64,000 nucleotides of DNA from Thermoplasmatales archaeon (GTDB taxonomy: Archaea > Thermoplasmatota > Thermoplasmata > Thermoplasmatales > Thermoplasmataceae). Shown in pieces: positions 57,239 through 64,000 of the stretch. Each line of letters opens with the position of its first letter. Position 1 is the stretch's first letter. The notes below the pieces were generated by a model. The model saw only the letters and a program-made list of their open reading frames with translations. It searched no databases and was not told the origin of the DNA. The stretch lies in the NCBI GenBank assembly GCA_027310185.1, contig DAIDBH010000017.1, forward strand, positions 192,001 to 256,000, in the 5' to 3' direction. A program made the translations under genes and the position numbers.

Positions 57239-58500
57239 TGAAAATAGTAGGAATAGCAGCAATGTCAACCGGGTCCGGGAAGACCACAGCCACGGGAGCC
57301 ATTCTTTCCGCAGTACCTAACAGCATACAGATCAAGATTGGGCCGGATTTTATTGATCCCCTGATTGAATCTAAAATTACTGGGAAACATGGATACAATC
57401 TGGATAGATGGCTGCAGGGCAGAATTGAGAAAAGCATTGTTGGACTTGCGGCTGAAAAGGCAGATTTTGCAGTTGTGGAAGGAGTTATGGGACTTTATGA
57501 CAGCGGGGTTGGAAAGGAGTTCAGCACTATTGCATACTTTGAAAGGCTGGGAATCCCATACATCCTTGTTGTTGACATGTTCAAGTGGGCAGAATCAATA
57601 TACTATGCTGCAAAGGGCTTTATCAGGAAGAACTGTCTTGGAGTGATCCTTAATAACTATGCTGGAGAAAGACATCTCAAAATGGTTGAAGATGTCTTTC
57701 TGTCCCATGGTGTCAGGGTTATAGGAAGAATACCTCACAGGGAGGAATTCAGCATGCCTGAAAGGCATCTCGGCTTGAATCTTGATCAGGATAGGAAAAA
57801 ACTGATTCAGAGGTCCAGGGAAATAGCAAAATTTATTGATCTTTCATTCATGGAACAACTACCCGAGATTGCCGGTGCAAATTTCGTAAAGAAATCGAAT
57901 GGTTCAAAGAAAAACGTCTATATTGCCAGGGATGATGCATTCTGCTTTTACTATGAAACATCAATGGATTTTTTTTCAAAGAGGCATAATGTACGGTTTT
58001 TCTCCCCATTAAATGATGAGGTGCCAGAGAAAGCAGATATGATATACATAGGTGGTGGGTATCCAGAACTTTTTGGAGAACGGCTGGAATCTGCATTTAA
58101 ACTGAAGTCTTTCCTTAAGGACTATGTTGAAAATGGAGGTTACCTATACTCTGAATGCGGTGGGACAATGTTCATGATGGACTCCATGGAAAATAATGGG
58201 AAAAAATATGACATGGCTGGAATCTTCAGGGGAAGCACATGGATGGAAAAACGCCCTGTGCTGAATTATACGAAGATCGTCAGTGAAAAAGGCAGCCCTT
58301 TCTACAGGAAGGGACAGGTGATTAAAGGACATGAGTTCCATTATGGAAGAATCAAAACGGAGGATCGAATGACCATGAAGATGATTAGGGGAAGCGGAAT
58401 TGACGGTTACGATGGCATAACAAGGAAAAATGCCTTTGGAATGTACACACACGTAGATTTCATGCGCTATGGCAACAGCATGAAATGGGAAGACAAGTGA
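57235..58500 (+). CDS. cbiA: Cobyrinate a,c-diamide synthase (CbiA/CobB)
   Basis: STGSGKTT, KIGPDFID, VEGVMGLYD, ERHLGL, AFCFYY, GGGYPE, ECGG and GHEFHY motifs. Confidence 0.92.
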   Translation: MMKIVGIAAMSTGSGKTTATGAILSAVPNSIQIKIGPDFIDPLIESKITGKHGYNLDRWLQGRIEKSIVGLAAEKADFAVVEGVMGLYDSGVGKEFSTIAYFERLGIPYILVVDMFKWAESIYYAAKGFIRKNCLGVILNNYAGERHLKMVEDVFLSHGVRVIGRIPHREEFSMPERHLGLNLDQDRKKLIQRSREIAKFIDLSFMEQLPEIAGANFVKKSNGSKKNVYIARDDAFCFYYETSMDFFSKRHNVRFFSPLNDEVPEKADMIYIGGGYPELFGERLESAFKLKSFLKDYVENGGYLYSECGGTMFMMDSMENNGKKYDMAGIFRGSTWMEKRPVLNYTKIVSEKGSPFYRKGQVIKGHEFHYGRIKTEDRMTMKMIRGSGIDGYDGITRKNAFGMYTHVDFMRYGNSMKWEDK

Positions 58501-58532
58501 TTTGTCTTCTTACTGAAAGTGTTCTTTTGATA

Positions 58533-59441
58533 TCAAACGTATGTGAGATAGTCCTTATGCTTATCTGATTTCCCCTGAACCAGATTGAAATATGTTTCCC
58601 TGACATTCTTGGTCACAACGCCGACCTTTCCATCACCAATGGTTATTCCATCAATATTGAGTATGGGTGTTACCTCTGCAGCTGTTCCCACAAAGAAAGC
58701 TTCATCAGCTGTATACAGTTCTTCCCTATGTATGAATCTTTCAATTACCTGCATCCCATTCTCCTTCATGATTTCAATTATTGTGTTCCTCGTTATTCCA
58801 AGAAGAATCTGACTATCCCTTCCCGGTGTTAAAAGTGCTCCATCCTTTACTATGAATATATTCTCCCCGGGACCTTCTGCAACATAACCATCTCTGGATG
58901 TGAGTATGGCTTCGTCGAAACCTGAAGCTTTGGCTTCCTTCATGGCTATTACAGAATTTAGGTAATTTCCGCTTGCCTTTGCCTCTATAGGCAATATGGC
59001 AGATTCCATCCTGTGCCACGACGATACCTTGCATTTGAGGCCGGTATCGGCTGCAGAAAAATACTTTCCGAAGGCAAATGCTCCGATGTAAACGCTGATC
59101 TTTTTGCCAGCTGTTCCCACACCAACACTGTGGTCATCATAAAAAGCGAAAGGCCTTATGTAACATGACTTGAGCTTGTTTCTTCTTACGACTTCTATTA
59201 TAGCCTTCTCAATATCATCCTCTGTGAAACCAAGATTCATTCCATATATCTTTGCAGTGTTAAAGAATCTCTTAACATGTTCCCTGAGACGAAATATTTC
59301 AGTTCCCTTTGGTGTTTCATATCCCCTTATACCCTCAAAAATTCCGCTTCCGTACTGGAGAGAGTGGGTCATTATCGGGACGACTGCCTTCTCTTCATCT
59401 ATAAAGCTACCGTTTAACCATGATATTTTTTCATCTGTCAT
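58533..59441 (-). CDS. ilvE: Branched-chain amino acid aminotransferase
   Basis: HSLQYGSGIFEGIR, YIRP, KASGNY, EGPGEN, LLGITR and GTAAEV motifs. Confidence 0.96.
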   Translation of the reverse strand: MTDEKISWLNGSFIDEEKAVVPIMTHSLQYGSGIFEGIRGYETPKGTEIFRLREHVKRFFNTAKIYGMNLGFTEDDIEKAIIEVVRRNKLKSCYIRPFAFYDDHSVGVGTAGKKISVYIGAFAFGKYFSAADTGLKCKVSSWHRMESAILPIEAKASGNYLNSVIAMKEAKASGFDEAILTSRDGYVAEGPGENIFIVKDGALLTPGRDSQILLGITRNTIIEIMKENGMQVIERFIHREELYTADEAFFVGTAAEVTPILNIDGITIGDGKVGVVTKNVRETYFNLVQGKSDKHKDYLTYV

Positions 59442-59593
59442 GCTGTGTCTTATATTAATTTTATATTAAACACTTTATTACCTTATATATTAATATAACT
59501 ATAATCTAATATATATTGCGAAATTCTGCTTGTTAATGAAATTCTCTGGGCCAAAAGGTTTCTTAAATATGATAATCATCTAGACCATGCGGA

Positions 59594-60172
59594 ATGAATA
59601 CAGAGTTTTACCTGATCCTGATTTCCATAACACTTGCGGTCCTCCACATGATTGCCCCTGATCACTGGATACCTATTTCCATATTATCTGCAAAGAGAAG
59701 ATATACTGACGGTAAAACTGCAACTTACGGTCTTTTCATAGGGATAACTCATGGCATACTGTCAACAATCCTTGCTCTGTTGGTTGCTTTCCTTGGAATA
59801 AGCATCATAGGGTATGACAGGATAAAGATAGGATCAATCGTTCTTCTAGTGCTGGTGTGTCTTTACATACTGTTGAATATAAGGAAAGAAGTGCACGAAA
59901 CGGAAAAAATAGAAAACACCAGTCTTCTGGTCAGCTTCATTCCTGATCCTGCATTTTTACCAATTGTGCTTGCAGCAACAGTTTTTGGTGGATTTTTCAT
60001 AGGAATGATTAGCGCATTGTTCATAGTTTCAGGTGGGATTTCACTGATGATTATTTCATTGTTTGCGAAGAAAGGCATGCTCAAAGGCCTGGAAAAGATA
60101 AAACCAACTAATGTAGACTATATAATTGTCATTGTCCTTGCCTTCACAGCTTTTTTCATTTATTTCACGTAA
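59594..60172 (+). CDS. NiCoT/RcnA/UreH-like nickel/cobalt transporter-family membrane protein
   Basis: LHMIAPDHW (HxxxPDH) and THG motifs; about 6 TMs. Confidence 0.7.
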   Translation: MNTEFYLILISITLAVLHMIAPDHWIPISILSAKRRYTDGKTATYGLFIGITHGILSTILALLVAFLGISIIGYDRIKIGSIVLLVLVCLYILLNIRKEVHETEKIENTSLLVSFIPDPAFLPIVLAATVFGGFFIGMISALFIVSGGISLMIISLFAKKGMLKGLEKIKPTNVDYIIVIVLAFTAFFIYFT

Positions 60173-60303
60173 TTGAAGGATGTGGGAAAAACGAAACCAC
60201 TTTTTTTATACTATTTTAATCGATTAATGGGACCTTCCTACTGCTAATCCATTAATATAGAATGACGTAATTATATCAACAGAAGTATAAGAGGTAAGTT
60301 ACA

Positions 60304-61077
60304 ATGAGAAGGAAAAAATTTGTAGTTACCATTTTGGCTATTATGATAACCATAGTATTTGTTACAGACGGTGCTGTGGTAATAGCTGGAGCTTATGGTA
60401 ATTCAGCAAACGCTACTGATATGGATCATCCATCTTACTATGTCGGAACCTTTTCATTGATGAATGCTTCTAAAAACAATACAAGAACAGGTCACATAGA
60501 GTATGTGGGGAGCTTATATCAGTGTGATAGGAGCAGCGAATATACACATCTCAAGCTAAACGTATATGTATATGTAAACCTAAGTGATTCTACTATGTTT
60601 TATATAATATGTGCTGCTATAAATGCTGTAGGTGGTTCAAATATTGCAAGTGGAGTTTCTGCTCCAAACGGTACTTCAATTTATGCATCAACCGGAAGTT
60701 GGCTTGAGATGGTAGGAGGATGCCAAATACTGAACCTGGACAACGTTGTCACCCTGCCTAAATCGGCCAGTAATCAGATTTCATCCATAATACGAAACCA
60801 GTGTAACCCGAACTCCGAGAAGAGTCATGAGATATTGTCAGGATCTAATTTAGTAGGTTACAGAGGTCAGTGGTGTATTAAAGGACAAACATATTACCAG
60901 TTCGAGATAATAGTGGAGCAGAAAATCCAAATTGGAGGAAAGATAAGTGGACACATAGAGGTGGGAGGTTATACATCTTATTACAAACCAGGAGCATTTG
61001 GCATAGGCAAGACCCTCGAACTCAGTTATTCAGCCATTTCTGAAAATATAGAATTCAACTCAGGCCTTTTGCGATAG
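60304..61077 (+). CDS. Hypothetical secreted/surface protein
   Basis: MRRKK followed by a hydrophobic signal; beta-rich composition with sequons; GAGGT RBS. Confidence 0.7.
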   Translation: MRRKKFVVTILAIMITIVFVTDGAVVIAGAYGNSANATDMDHPSYYVGTFSLMNASKNNTRTGHIEYVGSLYQCDRSSEYTHLKLNVYVYVNLSDSTMFYIICAAINAVGGSNIASGVSAPNGTSIYASTGSWLEMVGGCQILNLDNVVTLPKSASNQISSIIRNQCNPNSEKSHEILSGSNLVGYRGQWCIKGQTYYQFEIIVEQKIQIGGKISGHIEVGGYTSYYKPGAFGIGKTLELSYSAISENIEFNSGLLR

Positions 61078-61170
61078 AAAACAGCAACGGGACATCCATT
61101 ACAGCAAATTCGTCATACTCCATATCGTAAAAATGAAAAAATAAAACTTATTTTAGATTTTGAATTTGAT

Positions 61171-62061
61171 TTACTGCTTGAGAGCAGCAACAAGCTTGGG
61201 CACTACCTGGAACAGATCACCTACTATGCCATAGTCACATTCCTGAAATATGGGTGCCTCCTTATCCTTGTTTACAGCAATTACTATCTTTGAGCCTCTC
61301 ATTCCCGCAATGTGCTGTATCTGGCCGGAGATTCCAAGGGCTATGTATACCTTTGGTTTCACCTTTTTACCGGAAAGGCCGACCTGCCTCTCCTCGCTGA
61401 GCCATTTATAATCAAGGCACACAGGTCTTGAGCCAGATAATTCACCATGTACTGCATCTACAAGAGGTTTTATCTGATCTACAGCTTCCTTTTTCCCGAT
61501 GCCCCTTCCTATGGAAACAAGAATTGAAGCGGATTCAATATCCGTTCCACTCCTGTCTTTCTCCATTTCCTGATCTATGGAAAGTGCAGAATTCTCAAGA
61601 TCCAGGGATGAAACCTGGCTCTTTGACTCTACTTTTTTGGGCTCAAATGAACCTGGTTGAACTGTTATTACCTTTGACCTGCTTTCCTCCTCAAGAATTG
61701 TCTTGCCTCCGAAGAAGAATCTCCTGGTCCTGATGTTATCCCCTTCCATCTCAAATTCAAAGACCTCCGTAACTACAGTGGACTTGAGTGTTGCTGCTAT
61801 CATTCCTGCAATATCTCTTCCAAGGGGTGAACTGGAAATAAATATCCTGTCAAATTTGGATGTGTCAATACTGTTGAGTGCCCTGAAAGTATTGTCTCCC
61901 ATCGGCCTACCTTTCAGCACGAAGATCTCTTTAATTCCGTATTCAATGCATTTCGTTTCCTGACCTTCAAGTGTAACACCGTATACTTCTCCCTTATCCC
62001 TGAGTTTTGTGGCCAGTCCTCCCATATTTGTTCCATCTTCTGAAAATAACAGAAACTTCAT
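61171..62061 (-). CDS. etfA: Electron transfer flavoprotein alpha subunit
   Basis: SIGRG, SRP, QVGLSGK, GISGQIQH, VNKDKEAPIF and DYGIVGDLF motifs. Confidence 0.95.
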   Translation of the reverse strand: MKFLLFSEDGTNMGGLATKLRDKGEVYGVTLEGQETKCIEYGIKEIFVLKGRPMGDNTFRALNSIDTSKFDRIFISSSPLGRDIAGMIAATLKSTVVTEVFEFEMEGDNIRTRRFFFGGKTILEEESRSKVITVQPGSFEPKKVESKSQVSSLDLENSALSIDQEMEKDRSGTDIESASILVSIGRGIGKKEAVDQIKPLVDAVHGELSGSRPVCLDYKWLSEERQVGLSGKKVKPKVYIALGISGQIQHIAGMRGSKIVIAVNKDKEAPIFQECDYGIVGDLFQVVPKLVAALKQ

Positions 62062-62807
62062 TTTATTTCACCTCTTATTACCTTTGAAATCTCAGATACA
62101 CCCTTATCCATGTCATCAAAAATCAACCTCTTTCTGTCACTCTTTGGGGCAAGGTTGCTGATTATCCTTGGTGTTTCAAAGTTCCCAGCCGGTGCCGGAA
62201 CAGTGTTTATGGGTTTCCTTCCAGCTGCCATTATCTGAAGAACGGGAGGAAGCCTTGGCTGATTTATTTCCTGGGTTACGGAAACAATGCATGGTTTTCC
62301 GGCAGATATTATTTCATCCTTCTCGTCTAGGACTCTCTTTATCCTTATCCTTTCTCCTTCCACTGACACGCTGACTGCGTTGCCCAGAAGCGGCATGTTC
62401 AATTCTGTGGAAAGGAGTCCCGGGAGCAAACCTGTGTAAGAATCCGCTGACTGATTTCCGAGTATCACACAGTCAACACTTCCGAGTTCCTTTATCTTGC
62501 TTCCTAAAACTGAAGCTGTGTAGGCTGGGTTATTTCCCTTATACCCAGTTATTATGAACCCTTCATCAACACCCATCGCGTAGGCCTCCTTCATTGCTGA
62601 GTTTGATTTTTCAGTTCCAAAAATGATTCCTGTTACCTTTCCTCCATTCTTTTCCTTAAGTTGCACTGCAGCCTCAATGGAGTTCTTGCTCAGGTTCTCA
62701 ATCCTCAATGGTATGTTCTGAGTGAGTGGTTCACCAGTGTTTGGATCTGTCTTGAGCTGGTCTATATCTATTATCTGTTTGACTAAAACAACTATATTCA
62801 TTGCCAT
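62058..62807 (-). CDS. etfB: Electron transfer flavoprotein beta subunit
   Basis: IVVLVKQ, AMGVD, GNQSADSYTG and NQPRLP motifs; AGGAGTGA RBS before ATG 62807. Confidence 0.95.
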   Translation of the reverse strand: MAMNIVVLVKQIIDIDQLKTDPNTGEPLTQNIPLRIENLSKNSIEAAVQLKEKNGGKVTGIIFGTEKSNSAMKEAYAMGVDEGFIITGYKGNNPAYTASVLGSKIKELGSVDCVILGNQSADSYTGLLPGLLSTELNMPLLGNAVSVSVEGERIRIKRVLDEKDEIISAGKPCIVSVTQEINQPRLPPVLQIMAAGRKPINTVPAPAGNFETPRIISNLAPKSDRKRLIFDDMDKGVSEISKVIRGEIK

Positions 62808-62895
62808 ATCGATCACTCCTGTTCCCTATTGTTTTCAAGGTAAATATTTCTTACCTGCTTTAAACAGCTGGTAATTTTTTGATAATTAATGAATG

Positions 62896-62920
62896 TGTCG
62901 ATTTCGTATGTCGATATCGA
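62896..62920. promoter_or_regulatory. Tandem TGTCGATWTCG repeats in the divergent etfB/thiolase promoter region (candidate operator)
   Basis: TGTCGATTTCG (62896-62906) and TGTCGATATCG (62909-62919); TCGATATCGA is a perfect palindrome. Confidence 0.45.
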
Positions 62921-62945
62921 AAATATATTTATGTTAAATATGTAT

Positions 62946-64000
62946 ATGGCTCATGGTGAAATAGTGAATAACGACTCGGTTCATATAATAGATTTCAAGA
63001 GAAGTGCGTTCTCAAGGTCAAGACCCCAGGATCCAGAGAGGGACATGCTTAACTCAATGAGAATGGATGAGGTGCTGGGACATCTTATAAAAGATACAGT
63101 ATCCAGAAATGGAATCAATACAGATGATATTGATGATGTGATAACAGGGTGCGCTATCCAGGCTGATGAGAACTGGACATATGGTGGAAGACATCCAGTG
63201 TTCATGGGAGGGATGCCTTTCAATGTACCAAGTATGTCGCTGGACAGGGCATGTTCGTCATCACTCAATGCAATTTCAATTGGCGCAATGGAAATAATGA
63301 CTGGAAACTCCAGGATAGTACTTGCAGGTGGAATGGAACATATGACTCATGTACCACTAAGCAACAATCCCCACGTGAAGCCAAACATGAAACTCATGGT
63401 CAGACCTGAATTCATGAAATACCAGATGAATATTTCATACAACATGCTTGCAACTGCTGAAAAACTGGCTGCATTGAGAAACATAGGAAGGGATGAGATG
63501 GATGAATATGCCTATGAGAGCCATGTGAGAGCAGTGAAGGGTATAGAAAGTGGTTTTTTCAAGGAAGAAATACTTCCACTGGAAGTTGAGAATGATGGTA
63601 AAACAGTGATTTTCGACAGAGATCAGGCAGTAAGGAAGGATGCAACTCTGGAAGGTATGAAGAAACTAAAGCCAATTCTGAAGGAAGATGGTGTTATAAC
63701 AGCAGGGAACTCATCTCCCCTGAATGCAGGTGCGTCTCTTGTTGCTCTTGCAAGTGGAGATAAAGTCAGGGAATATGGCTTCAGCCCAATGGCCAAGATA
63801 CTGAGCTTCGGATGGGCTGGAGTGGACCCGTCAATAATGGGCGAAGGTCCTGTACCGGCAACGAAAAAGGCTCTCGAAAGAGCTGGTCTCAAGCCCGATG
63901 ATATTGATCTTTGGGAAATCAACGAAGCCTTTGCAGTCGTTGTACTTAATGCCATGAAAGCCTTTGACATACCGAGGGAGAAGGTAAATATTTATGGAGG
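62946..64000 (+). CDS. Thiolase (acetyl-CoA C-acyltransferase), 3' end outside window; absent from the ORF track
   Basis: Frame reads VNNDSVHIIDFKRSAFSRSRP...DDVITGC...LDRACSSS...GGMEHM...TAGNSSPLNAGA...NEAFA...KVNIYGG; the start is ATG 62946 or GTG 62964. Confidence 0.93.
   Translation, partial: MAHGEIVNNDSVHIIDFKRSAFSRSRPQDPERDMLNSMRMDEVLGHLIKDTVSRNGINTDDIDDVITGCAIQADENWTYGGRHPVFMGGMPFNVPSMSLDRACSSSLNAISIGAMEIMTGNSRIVLAGGMEHMTHVPLSNNPHVKPNMKLMVRPEFMKYQMNISYNMLATAEKLAALRNIGRDEMDEYAYESHVRAVKGIESGFFKEEILPLEVENDGKTVIFDRDQAVRKDATLEGMKKLKPILKEDGVITAGNSSPLNAGASLVALASGDKVREYGFSPMAKILSFGWAGVDPSIMGEGPVPATKKALERAGLKPDDIDLWEINEAFAVVVLNAMKAFDIPREKVNIYG

Noticed and set aside
1-64000. CRISPR arrays, rRNA genes, proviral or defence-system genes
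   Set aside because: No regularly spaced repeats, long GC-rich RNA blocks or recognisable viral/defence motifs were found by eye

Overview
AT-rich archaeal chromosome segment, most consistent with an acidophilic Thermoplasmatales member. The basis is archaeal Dph2, NcsA, TrpRS and HemK2 genes, TATA-type leaderless promoters, GGTGA ribosome-binding sites, a bacterial type I PanK and thermopsin-like surface repeats; the taxon is inferred, not database-checked. Most of the window is housekeeping and heterotrophic metabolism: ABC transporters, two thiolases, etfAB, a FadF-like Fe-S oxidoreductase, arsRCB, tRNA-Ser(GGA), tRNA modification genes, ilvE, cbiA, an M1 aminopeptidase and a P450. It also holds one complete IS5-family element and a ~9.5 kb surface-protein block. 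Best leads: (1) a convergent pair of membrane proteins sharing a Met/Glu-rich transmembrane module, one fused to a NapH/CcoG-like polyferredoxin; (2) a stand-alone flavoprotein resembling RiPP LanD (EpiD/MrsD) more than CoaC; (3) a dppBCDF-like operon with no binding protein and both ATP sites degenerate; (4) an IS5 inserted at the GTG start codon of the aminopeptidase, separating it from its promoter; (5) a membrane-anchored wHTH regulator plus a Met-rich SHOCT gene with interlocking palindromes. No CRISPR array or rRNA was seen. All family calls come from motif recognition by eye.
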